From: Mobula hypostoma
Taxonomy: Eukaryota
Reading direction: 5' to 3'
Length of the DNA: 64,000 bases
Assembly: GCF_963921235.1 (NCBI RefSeq)
Contig: NC_086097.1
Coordinates: forward strand, 84,818,001-84,882,000
Part shown: one piece after another, positions 1 through 11,297 of the stretch
Numbering within the stretch: the first letter of the stretch is position 1
How the letters are laid out: each line of letters begins with the position of its first letter
The notes under the pieces: generated by a model
What the model saw: the letters and a program-made list of their open reading frames with translations, nothing else
The model's database searches: none
Told to the model about the DNA's origin: nothing
Program-made: the position numbers and the translations under genes

Positions 1-245
1 CACCAATCCATCCCCATTGTTTCCTCATGGTGATTGCAGCCATGTCCTCTTGATGACACTGGAGGAGTAGGGCACTTTTGGAGATCATTCTAATGGAGGC
101 TCGTGGTGTGGAATGACAACAGCTTGGCAAGGTGGCTCTCTGTCATGCGGCAGCAGTCTGACCTGTACAAGAGTGTGGACGGAACACAGCTCTGGCCCAG
201 CTTCCCGTTGGTGCGGGTGCATCAGGACACACTGCATCATAAAGA
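1..245 (-). mobile_element. RTE-clade LINE, ORF C-terminal fragment (decayed)
   Basis: Minus-strand translation across frameshifts gives LYRSDC.RMTESHLAKLLSFHTTSL...LLLQCHQEDMAAI.MRKQWGWIG, the RTE ORF C-terminal region (LxxFH...CLR/SLR...RWIGH). The element runs off the window start; the right boundary is approximate. Confidence 0.75.
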
Positions 246-935
246 GCGGATGTGAGAGTCACAAGGTTCCCTGAGGTGGCTTTCTGTCGCTCCCTAATAT
301 GTGTGTGTCTGTCTTGGTATTTATCAAGTGCAATAACGATGTCTTCTCACGTTGCTGTTTATTGATTGGTACAGGGAGCTGTCCTGTATACGTCATATGA
401 AGTAATTACTCTTGTCTTTTAAATTAAGTTAGGAATTGTAATAAGGGTAGGGAAGAACAAATGAGTTCACATATAACTTGTCACATCCAAGTCATTGGGC
501 TCCCCTGATAGGGTGAAGTGACTAATCTCACAGTCCTCATGAATAACTGAACATGAAATTTATTGTCCTTGACCTATTTGAGGACAGTTTGCATTCAGCT
601 TCAACAGGAGCTTGTCTAGACTGTAGCTGGGGTCCCGTCATTTCACAGACGTTTGTGTGGCCACGTCCCCGGCTCCTTGCGTGCTTGTGCTTCTCTATCC
701 TGTAGAGAATCCAGTCTTTTTCATTCTGCTTCTGCTGCACCTATGGTTATGATGACAATGTTGGAGCCTTGGAGAGCTGAGGTATCCCCGTGGTAGATCG
801 GCGGATCCTGCAGGCACTCAAAGCATCAGAGGGAACTTACCTGTCAGCAGCTCGGCAGTGGGTCCTCAGTTAGAGTTGAGCAATAGTCTTGTGTTCCAAT
901 GAAGGACCCTCGCCTGAGACATCAACTTGCCTGAC

Positions 936-1453
936 TGTTACGGGGAAACAGACTCCCAGATTGAGTAGACATTGACAGCAAGTAAGCACGTTTACACAAA
1001 CTTTGTATTTACAAACAAATAAACACTCAACCAAAGATCTAATTCAAACAAGTACTTACTCAAGCCCCCAAGTTACAAAACAGCAAAGCTAAACATTCAG
1101 TAACGCTTCTACTGTAAGTCAAACTTATTTTGTTAAGTCCCCCATTACACAACTGCAGCATTAAACATTCAGCCAACAGGTACTTCTCCAAGTAAGGGGG
1201 CCTTCCTTTCTGCAACACTTTCCCAATGGTCCTTCGGTATTGGTCGTGACCCACTCTGCAGGTGAGCCCCTAGTCCGAGGCTTTCACACGCACCATTCTT
1301 ATACCCCTGGGGTGCCCAGAATCAGAAGACGGTGCTGTGGCTTGAAAACCAGCCAATGGGGAAGTGCTGCAGCATCCTTCGCACGGGCCAATCAGTAACT
1401 GGCAGGGTGGAAGTAGCTTTCAACCGGCAGGTAAGTTAACCCTTCACGTTACA
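936..1453 (-). mobile_element. 3' LTR of endogenous retrovirus (518 bp)
   Basis: On the minus strand it starts TGTAAC (1453) and ends GTAACA (936), an imperfect terminal inverted repeat. It is preceded by a purine-rich PPT-like tract (GAGGGGTGACT, 1454-1464) and lies directly downstream of env. It contains two ATTGG/CCAAT boxes, TATAAG (1303-1298) and a poly(A)-signal variant AATACA (1009-1004). Confidence 0.85.
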
Positions 1454-1519
1454 AGTCACCCCTCGAAAATTGAGACACCGTGACATTCGGACACCAGGCA
1501 GGGATAACCCTTGCGAATG

Positions 1520-2730
1520 CCCCACTAAACTACATATAAAACGCAAAACCTGAATACTAGTACTATCAGCCCAATGGTCACTACCCAGTCCATCAACCTC
1601 CTAATGCCCCCAAAAGCTGCCACCTTCCTTCCGGAGTGTAATAGCCATAGAACTGGTCCCCCACTTGATCTTATTCTTTAACTATTGGGTTAATCAGCCA
1701 GGTGGTGGTGGTCCCTGACACATCAGGTATGTAGGTGCAAGATCCTTGACAAATGACACCTTTCTCTGCAAGCAGGTAGCCTAAGGCTATTTGACTCTGT
1801 AAGGCAACCATTCAAATAGCCGATACTCGGATCAGCGCATACTCTGTGTGCTTGAGAGCTAGTTAGGCAGCGTCTCCAGCACAGGGGTCATACATATCAG
1901 TTCCTGGGTCTGTCTGGCTGCACCATACTGGAAGAGCTATTATCCAAAGCCTTTCTGCCTCTGTGATAGCCCTCTTCCTACACTGACCATCAGGGGCAGG
2001 GCGCTCATCCAGTGCACTGAAGTGGTATATGTACGACACCCCATAGCAGCAATCGTATCCCCCCCACCCCCACGGGGAGCCCTGGGTAGGCCCGGGAGAT
2101 CCATATCCAGTAGGTGCCATTCAGTGTCCAGGGAGTGTCCACCTTCACAGCACCGTTCCGCGTAGACACAGTCATCGCAGGATACTGCTCCTGCTCACCT
2201 TCACTGTGCTCCCCTGACAGGTTGGATCTGTGGTTACCATGCCGTCTGCATCAAATGTACCTTTCCCTTCCTGGTCGGCTGGGCAGTCACTTTCAGAGTT
2301 GGGACCTTTGGGTTAAACAAGTCATAAGTAGGGATACACCAGCCCTTAAAGCACTCACTCCACCGGGGGTCACTAGGCCTCAAGTACTTTAAGGCCGTTA
2401 CTACACGACAGGGTGAGGATGACTGGAGTGAACTATCCCCTCCCTGCTTCCCCCAAAACAAAATACCAAAGTCAGTGGAGATGGACAAGTTGCTGCAACA
2501 GTCTTTTACCTTGTCATCGAAGGGGACCGGTATTGATGGTAACCCGTCTGCAGCGTGGGCTGGAGTCCTCGTACAGACCCAGCAATCGGACATGTTACTC
2601 CTGTTTGCATATCCTTTGCGTATCCACAGGAACGTGTTATAGGACCTGCCACTGCAGCTCAGCGTCATCACCACTGCCGTTGGCGCCTGCCGCTTCACCA
2701 TTCTGCAGTGTAGGGAGATGCACACTTACT
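1520..2730 (-). pseudogene. env: ERV env, gamma-type, decayed
   Basis: SU: NTFLW..YAN.SN.SDCWVC (CXXC at 2573-2584) and NGTYWI..AY.GLP. A furin-like site (C)RKR at 1971-1979 is followed by AITEAERLWIIALP. An immunosuppressive-domain-like LQSQIALGYLLAEKGVIC lies at 1749-1802, then a shortened cysteine loop and CTYIPD. The hydrophobic anchor reads DWVVTIGLIVLVFRFCVLYVV. Multiple stops and frameshifts. Confidence 0.9.
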
Positions 2731-3300
2731 CCCTCCGGTTAATCATTAGATATGTCATTCCCAGTTCCCGCGGTAACACTACCCACAGACTATTTCCTGG
2801 TCCACTTGCCACAGTCTTCCCCTGTCCCACTGGCTGCACCCAAACCTTCCCCAGTTCCTCTTCCAACTCCACCTCCTCGAGCTCCGGAGGGTCTGACACT
2901 GCTAAATGCCGGGACACTGGGCACCCACCCAGTCTCGACAGCTGGGAGCTTAGGTGGCCCACTGCTTGCTGCAGCACACCCAGCTACTCCTGGAGGATCA
3001 GAGAAGGGGTCAAAAGCTTAATTTGTTGCTGCAGCAACCAATTCATGCATTCATGTGTTGGATCAGCCCCACTACCTGCAGCTAATATGGGATGTGAAAC
3101 ACGCACAAGATGGCAGATCCTGGGCCCAGTCCTGGACCTTTGCTCCCACAAAATGCGAGCCATTGTCTGATTGAATCTCCTAGGGGATCCCTTACATGGA
3201 TGACAAGTGCTATAACCCTTTTATTGTGTTTTCCTAGTCAGCCTGGTCAGTCGCATGGTCCCGCCACCAGGACTCCGGAATACGGCCAACATTTAGCCTT
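2726..3300 (-). pseudogene. pol: ERV pol, integrase core and C-terminal remnant
   Basis: Minus-strand frames give YSGVLVAGP...NTIKGL*HL...GSPREIQSDNGSHFVGAKVQDWAQ (SDNGSHF at 3150-3170), then HIPY*LQVVGLIQH..NWLLQQQIK, then KVWVQP...VASGPG. No RT, gag or 5' LTR is recognisable upstream. Confidence 0.85.
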
Positions 3301-4759
3301 GAGTGGGTCTCAGGCCAGATCAGAGAACCTCATAACTTCTGCAAATTTGTGTCTACTATTTCTTTTTCTTTATGACAGGACCTCTTCATCCTGTGTATTT
3401 GATCACGTTAACTAAAACAGAGTAAAGATTTGTTGATGAGGTCTTAAAATAGATAGCAATACATAACAACGTTAACTGTCATTCTCAAAGGTAATTCATC
3501 ACCTTAAACACTTTAAGGTGTTTCTCTTTAAAACTTGCAAAGCAAGGACAATTATTTACATTAAGCTATTTTTAAATATTCTAAAGTGCTGATCAGGATG
3601 GGTAATTTACATAATCATCAGAAGCATTTTGACATGTACTTCTGACGGATGAATTTAATGACATGGCTGTCTATTGAGTTAACTCAAAGCTGCAGCTATT
3701 TTTAGTTGTTTCAGCAACAGAACAGTCTCCTAATGACCAACATCCCATCATTCCTTGCTAGACACATCAAATTCTGTGAATAATCCAACCAAGACTGTCT
3801 CGTTGTTGAAATATTGCCCTCAGAAAAAGGCTCCTTGCGTCAAAACTGGAGCAAGAGACTAAAATACTTATTCTTGAGTTAGTGTAAATATCTAGCAATA
3901 TCCTGAGGAATGTTTAAGTATTATTTTATCTGCCATTTCATTGAATTAGTGTATCAAATGTTAGAAATTCTTCCTGTGGCTGCTTTTTTTTGTGCATTCG
4001 TGAATTGTGAAAGGGTACCCTGGATTGTGAGCATCACTTGAGGTATCATGATTGGCTTTAGAACCTGGTCAAAGAGAAAATGACCTGAGATTGTTATAAT
4101 CTTGAGCAGAATCCTGTGTTTCCTGCTGCAGTCTCCGTTCCTGTGAAATGTTCATAATCTGAACAGTATGCAAGTCAAAAATGTAGCCCTGCACCGAGTT
4201 CCCACAAAGCAAAAGATACCTGTGGCCCTGTAGCAGCTGGCAAATCCACCCTGCCAGTCTCCCACATACGCATTTGTATGTATGGGTCGTACATAAACAG
4301 GGGAGGTCCTGTATACTGCCCCTTGTTTCCTGCTAATTTGTCACGTGTTTCATGCTACCCTCTCCTATGTTTCTGCTGCACAACAGCACAAGAAAATAGG
4401 AACAGGAATACTCACCCAGTCCCTCGAGCTTGCCCCTCTATTCAATATGATGATGACTGACTTGTGCTGGACCCAAATCTCCTGCCACAATCTTTCAAAT
4501 ATTATTCCATCTCCACTTGAAACCTGTCTGATGACCGGGCCTCGAACATGCTCTGGGACAGAGAATCCTCGGATTCACTATCCTCGTGGGTGTCCGTGCA
4601 TATGAGCAGCCATACACACAGTGCAGTAACCTGCAAGCTGAGCGCACGCCCTGTTCACTGATCTTAAGGGTGAGGACTGAATCCATTTCAAAGATGCATA
4701 GAGTAGTGTGTCAGAGAGATTGGTTTTTCAGCCCAACATGACCATGCTGGCCCATTGAA

Positions 4760-4950
4760 ACCTTGGTGGTGCTTCTGGGATGGGGGGGGGGGGGATGGTG
4801 TTCACACTTCTGCTGTGTGAAGGTTCAAGGCTTTGATATTTTCATTATTCATTCTGTAGGGTTTCTTGTTTTGTGGACGTCTGTGAAGAGTATGAATTTC
4901 AGGTTGTATCCTGTATACATTCTCCGATATTAAATGAACCCTTGAACCTT
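4760..4950 (+). mobile_element. 3' tail of a non-autonomous non-LTR element (same family as 7990-8770)
   Basis: 4865-4945 matches the reverse complement of 7992-8070 (GTGGAYGTCTGTGAAGAGTA.GAATTTCAGGTTG...CATTCTC.GATA.TAAATG.ACC). Confidence 0.65.
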
Positions 4951-5106
4951 TCATTTTTACTAATCCCATTTGCCCATATTAAGCCCCTTTCATTCTATGC
5001 CCTTGCCCAATTAAGAGCCCATCTAAATGCTGCTTAGATGTTGTCATTGGTTTAGATGCAACCACCTTTTCTCACAGCATGTTCCAGATATCAGCCACAT
5101 TCTGTG

Positions 5107-6285
5107 TAAACTGTATTTACTTGGATTATCAGAAAGCCTTTGACAAGGCACCACACATGAGGCTGCTAAAGAAGATAAGAGCCCTTGGTATTAAAGGAAA
5201 GATACCAGTATGGATAAGAATGGGCTGACTTGCAGGAGGCAGAGAGTTGGAATAGAGAAGATCTTTTCTGGCTGGCTGCTGGTGACTAGTGGTGTTCTGC
5301 AGACCGCTCCTTTTGACGTTATATGTCAATGATGTGGATGACAGAATTGATGGCTTTGTGGCCAAGTTTGCGAATGATATGAAGATAGCTGGAGGGGCAG
5401 GTAGTGCTGAGGAAGCAAGGAGTCTGCAGAAGAACTTAGATGGATTAGGAGAGTGAGCAAAGATGTGGAAGATGGAATACAGTGTAGGGAAGTGTACGGT
5501 CATGCGGTTTGGTGGAAGGAATAAAGGCATATTTTCTAAACGGTGAGAATTTGGAAATCTGAGGTACAAAGAGACTTGGAAATGCTTGTGCGGGATTCCC
5601 TAAAGGTTAATTTGCAGGTTGAATCGGTGGTAAGGAAGGCAAATGCAATGTTAGCAATCATTTTGAGAGGACTAGAATATAAAAGCAAGGATGTAATACT
5701 GAGACTTTATAAGGTATTGGTCAAACCGAGCTTGGAGTATTGTCTGCAGTTTTGTGCCCCTTAGCTAAGAAGAGACGTTCTGGCATAAGAGAGGGTCCAG
5801 GTTCTCGAGAAATATTCTGGGAACGAAACAGTTAATGTATGAGGAGCATTAGATTGGTCTGGGCCGTTCTCACTGGAGTTTAGAAAAATGAAAGGAAGAT
5901 CTGATTGAAACCTATTGAATATTGAAAAGCCAAGATACAGTGGATGTGGAGAGGATATTTCACATAGTGGGAGAGTGTGAGACCAGAGGGTGCAGCCTCA
6001 GAATCGAGAGACATCCATTTCGCACAGAGGTGAGGAAAAATTTCCTCAGCCAGAGGGAGATGAATCTGTAGAATTCTTTGCCACAGATGGATGTGCAGGT
6101 GTACTCACTGGGTATATTTAAGGCAGAGGTTGATAGATTCTTGATTAATCAGGGCATCAAAGGTTACAGGGAGATGGCAGGAGAATGGGGTTGGGAAGAA
6201 TAATAAATCAGGCAAGATGGAATGACGGAGCAGACTCAATGAGCTGAATGGGCTATTTCTGCTCCTTGGTCTTATAGTCTAAAGA
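5107..6285 (+). mobile_element. CR1-clade LINE (HER1-like), 5'-truncated
   Basis: RT motifs YLDYQKAFDKAPH and AKFAND(FADD-like), then KANAMLA.I.RGLEYKSKDVILRLYKVLVKP.LEYC. It ends in a typical CR1 3' UTR (GGCTATTTCTGCTCC...TCTTATAGTCT). Confidence 0.92.
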
Positions 6286-6949
6286 TAAAACCTAGCTCTG
6301 TGGTTCCATCACAACTCTCTCCTTTCACCTTAAGTGCTGTCTTGCTTTTGATACCCTACCATGAGGAAAAAGGTTTTTGACTGTCTATATTTTCAGGCTA
6401 ACGTTTCAGTGCAGTGCCAAGGTGGCACTGCTCAGTCAGCAGTACCTTCTTTTTGCTTGAGATGTTAAACTGAGAGGGGTTGCCCTGTTAGCTAACATAA
6501 ACGTGAAATCACATGACTCCATTTGAGAAAATACTGAGTTCGTAGTGAGATCAATTCGGGATAAAGGCTTGCATTTATCCTTTGTTAATATCTCAAAAAG
6601 AGATTAATCTGTCATTTATTACATTACGTCAGTGAACAAATTGACATGTGAATTTTCCTATAAGGGTAATTATATTTCACAAGTACTTGCTTGACTGGGA
6701 ATACTTTGATCCATTCCAGGAATATTAGAGGCAATACATAAACAGTTACCGGCCCTTCTTTTCATAATGTAATTATCACTGAGCTAAGTAGACTTGTTAG
6801 CGAAGATATCAAGCAATGGTAATAGAGTCATGTGCCTTCTGTTGATAAACGCCTCTCACTTAACAAAATGGCAAAAGGTACCAAAGGCTATTGTGAGTGT
6901 TGGTGTACCCATATAAATAATAGTATCAGCAATAATGTGGTTTCTGACA

Positions 6950-7060
6950 AATAGTTTTGACCTGAGATGTTAATTCTTTTTCTCACTCCACATACATTAC
7001 CTGAATGCTGAGTGTTTCCAGGATTTTCTAGATATATTTTGGATTTCTAGCATATGCAGT
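6950..7060 (+). mobile_element. Penelope-like element terminal (pseudo-LTR) fragment, old
   Basis: Degenerate copy of the recurring GCTGCCTGACCTGCTGAGT..TCCAGCATTTT...ATTTCCAGCATCTGCAG terminus seen attached to GIY-YIG remnants at 37680 and 63925. Confidence 0.55.
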
Positions 7061-7989
7061 TTCTTTTTCATTTTAATTTCTTGTTGCTCATGGTGTCCCG
7101 TTTTGAACAGTATTCTGCTCAGCTAAATGGGTTAGACAACTATAAACATGTCATGACCTTCCAACAAGACTATATGTTAACAGAATTCCTGTCAAGCCTT
7201 ATAGGAGAATATGCAGAATAACAAAAAGTTAAAGGAAATCATTTGGTGAAGATTCATCAGGAGGATCTTTCCAAGGCTCTGGCCTCTTTGTTACTGAAGT
7301 GAGACAAAACTGAAATTGTTTTTCATTGGAGAATAAAAGATTAACAGTTATAAGTGGCATATGTATTAACAGCTGTGAAGGCAGGCCAATTATTTAACTG
7401 CTGTGGAGACTCGTCATAGCCACACCAGAAGAAGGCAATATTTCCCTGCCCACCACTCCATCATTCCTCCAAGACTTAACTTTTGACCTACAGTGTCGAG
7501 AACAGTAAAAGTGTGATTAATTCTTTAGGAACAAGGATCGATAAATATCCATTGGACAGGTTTGAATCCTGTGCAGATGAGTAGATGGTTTCTGTGGCTG
7601 CTTCATTTTGTGCGATTATACTTATGGCCTTGAGTGTTGATTGTAAATACTGTATGATGTGGTGAATAAATGTGAGATTGCTTCGCTTTGTGAGAAATTT
7701 CACAGCCTTGTCATCCTTCAGCTTGTGGCTGTGGCTCCTGCCATTGATTGAAAGAGGTAGCACGAGTCTGTTTTCAGTTGTTGGAGAGAAATTTGACAGG
7801 ACCAGTGATCTTTACTGTTCCACGTTTTGATCTTGTGGTGAAAAGGGCCATTCTTCTTTTGAACAGGTGCAGGTCAGTCTGGTCAGGTGGTTGGTATTTC
7901 TTACTTACTCGTGCATTTTTTATGCTTACCCACTCAAAGTCACTTGCAGTATTTGAATAGCCACGGAATAGCCAAAGATGGAATATACA

Positions 7990-8770
7990 AATGGTTCCAT
8001 TTATTATCAGAGAATGAGTACAATATTCAACCTGAAATTCTTACTCTTCACAGACATCCACGAAACAGAAAAAAAAATGCAAAGAATGAATGACAGAAAA
8101 ACGTTTGGACCCCAAAGCCCCTCCCCTGCGTAAGCAGCAGCGAAGCATTAACCTCCTCCACCCTACCACCACCCATTTTGTGCTTTAGTTCCCACCACTC
8201 ATCAAGCAACAACAAGGCCCCCAAAGAGAGACCATAATCTGAAGTCAACAAAAACTGTTGTTTACCCGACAGTCGGACATGCAACAGTAAAAGTAGAGAT
8301 TAATAAACAGTCACTGTTATGGTGTTGCAATCTGCTGCGGCACTTTTTTCCCAAGTTCTCTGGCTCAAGAATCATCAGCAAGCTCTCCCCACGATCAAGA
8401 CAAAAGAAGGAGCAGTCGCCCTCTCCACAGCATCTCGCCACCACAAAATCCGGCATGTTCCTTCTCCTGTGATGCCGCAGTCGGTGGCAGCAGCCTGGAA
8501 TTGGTCATCCACAGGGCCACGCCCTGGAGGTGCCATCTTCCATGCCACGCCTGCAGAATGTCGGAAAATGGCCGGTCGGTCAGTGAGCTCCTAGGGCGGG
8601 AACTCATTGCTGTGCAAAAACACAGTTTGAGTGCTGTTGCAGACCAGGAACCTTGATAGAACCCCAGCCACCTTGAAAAGGAAAAAGAGACATTAAAGAC
8701 AAGAATTTAAGCTGTTTCCACGGATGAGCTCGAAGAGGCAGCCATTTGGCGCCATCTTAACTCTGCCCAT
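7990..8770 (-). mobile_element. Non-autonomous non-LTR retroelement (non-coding body, LINE-like ends)
   Basis: The 5' end begins AAGATGGCGCC, like the AAGATGGCATC start of the Rex1-type LINE at 26040. The body is GC-rich and non-coding. The 3' tail with AATAAA is shared with 4865-4945. Confidence 0.6.
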
Positions 8771-10664
8771 TGAGCACTCTGTGAATCCAGTTCAAAGATT
8801 TCCTCTAAATATTCAACCAATGAAATATTACCGTAACAGAAACGTAACCAAATAAGAAAAGGTCATTCCTTTGGAGGGCTCGACTTGGAATTGAGTGAAC
8901 AACTTGTGTAGCCTTGGCAACACACACATCCGCAGAAGTTCTCATGTTTGTGTTTTTGTAGCCTGGGTTTACCCTGGTGGGTTTGGGGAATGTCATTTTG
9001 GTAAACACATCCAAATGTTAATGACAGGCACAGTAAATGTACTCCTGACAGGTTCGTGCAGTAAATAGAGCAAAAAAAATATTTTATCCACTGGGAAACA
9101 GCAGCTCATTACATTCATGGCATCTGACAGAGAATGAATTGTGTCTTATGACATTCCGATGAGAGCAACACAGCGTTTTGCATCTATTTATGAAAGAGCT
9201 ATGAATGAAATGTATGTTTCATTTCCTTCTTCCCTGTTTTAGTTGTAACCATAAATAGTGGAGTTATGATCTATTGACACCTCTTCAAAGAGTAGTTTTA
9301 CAATGAGGGTCTGTGTCATCAACATTGACATAATACTGGTTTCTTTGGATTTATCCATTCCTAATGTTTTAGGAGAGAATTATTTCTGCTTTAACAAGTG
9401 TAACAATGAATTGTTTGTGAAAGCAGGCTGGGAGGTGTAGTTGAGGCTGTGAGAGGATCGAATGATGCTCGGAGGCAGTGAAGAAGTGAGAGAGAGGGAG
9501 AGAAAGTGATTAATCAGTGTGCTTTAGCTTTAAGTGGGTGTGCTGTCCTGGAAGTATCCCAAAATTCAGTCCACCCTAATCCATAGTTCTGCACTGGTGA
9601 TGACACTCGTTATTCCTACCAATAGCATGAGAAACGATTTGAGACCATAAGATATTTTGTTCTGGAATGTTTTGAAAAATAAATGATGTGTGCCATTATT
9701 AATGTGAAGTTACTCAACAACTTGTACGGGGAAAAGAACTCCCATGAATCATGACATCCCCTTTGTCGATGAAAAGTTTGCCCACCATGGTGTAAACCTC
9801 CATTAAATGGCAAATCAACCATGACCTTGTAAATTTTGTGAAGCAGCTGCCTTTGCGCATTAATCAACCATTAAAGTCACCACCGAGAGTCAAATCTGAC
9901 AATTAGTATTGAAGTGCTATTTAAATGTTGTTATAATTGTCAATGACTGCCAGTCAGCCTCTCCTGCTCAGAAGTTGAAAGATTGGAGGCACGGAGACAG
10001 TTTTAATTGTCAACTTCTGACATATGTCTATAACCTTTTATTTTGTTTTTCTGCATTTTTTGTCGATCCAATCTTTAGATCCTCTCTTTACTTCTCTTTC
10101 TGTGTCTGACTCTACCCTCTTTGGTCTCCCTCTATTTATGTAAATTTGTGCATCCAGCAATCTTGTAAACACCAAAATGATTTGAGCTATAGTGTGCAGG
10201 ATATGTTAAGACTCTCTGCTCCTGCAAAATCTGGCCAATTAGCAGTATGGCATATCGGAGCTCAAACGAATACGTTGTTTTGAAACTAAATGAGCCTTTT
10301 AGTTTTATACACCGAGTGTGAAGGATTCCTCTGCTGGCATCCCCAGTCCATCTGTCTTTATATTATAGCAACAGAAGTGTTTGGGTAACAAGAGGTAGAC
10401 GGAACTCGGATGCCTTTGTAGGTTTTGTAAAAAATCAAATGGCTGCAATTGATTTTGGAAGTTCACTGCTGTAACAACTTTAAAGAAGAAATTAATTTAA
10501 TTCTTTTGCTCGGTTTCAATGATGGATGTAGAGAGTGCCTGAGTTGCTGTTAACAACATAGACTAACTAACCCTTGTTAGTAGGTATTGAATAAACATGA
10601 GTGATTGTGCCTGGGAATCGCACTGTGCATGAAACTGGGCACTATCTCAAGACAGTGCTGAAGA

Positions 10665-10762
10665 AGTCCTGATGAAGAAACTTGGTCCAAAATCCCAGTT
10701 GTTTATTCCCCTCCATAGGTGCTGGCTGATCTGCTGAGTTCTTCCAGCATTTTGTGTGTGTT
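10665..10762 (+). mobile_element. Penelope-like terminal fragment
   Basis: AGTCCTGATGAAG...GCTGGCTGATCTGCTGAGTTCTTCCAGCATTTTGTGTGTG, the family terminus with a decayed hammerhead core. Confidence 0.7.
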
Positions 10763-10823
10763 ACTATCTAAAGACAGTGTGTTCCAGAATGAAACCATCC
10801 TTTAGGTGAAAATTCTTCCCCAG

Positions 10824-11297
10824 TGTTAGGGTGTATTCTGGAGTTATGGTATATAGCAAATATCTATTTCAGCACCAACCAGTTTTCAGACCCGAATGTG
10901 AATTGGAGATTGAGTTTAAAATGCAGCTTTCAACAATGATTGGAAACCAAGAGACACCTAATCGATGAGATATCTGCATGCAGCATGAATGCATGCAGCT
11001 CAGAGTCAGTGGTGAATAACATTCATTTTGGGTGTCTAGAGTGTGGGTGAGAAGATCTAGGTGTTTGCAAACTGCATGTAATTCAAAGGAAGCATTGTAG
11101 ATACATTGTAACTATAGAATTGTCTTTCCATTACCTTTGATCTTTAGCATATGCAGTGAAGTGTCATGTAATGTTGGGTCAGGAGGCCTCTTCTTTTCAA
11201 GAGTGTCTCGAGTATGATGCCTGCTTGTTTTGCTGAATAAAGACTTCTATATCCTCCAGCTTCAGTGTTCCTGGTGACCTCATTCCCAGTCACAACA
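10824..11297 (+). mobile_element. Solo LTR (474 bp)
   Basis: TGTT...AACA termini, AATAAA at 11236-11241, and a perfect 5-bp TSD CCCAG at 10819-10823 and 11298-11302. It interrupts an old minus-strand CR1 3' fragment. Confidence 0.85.

Noticed and set aside
1520..2730. Domesticated (syncytin-like) env gene
   Set aside because: Multiple stops and frameshifts and a deleted CX6CC loop; not intact.
2114..3415. Plus-strand ORFs of 89-150 aa
   Set aside because: They are antisense mirrors of the minus-strand env/pol remnants and have no motifs of their own.
4440..4550. C/D snoRNA or hammerhead (ATGATGA, CTGATGA...GAAC)
   Set aside because: No terminal stem for a C/D pair, and no stem II/GAAA for a hammerhead.
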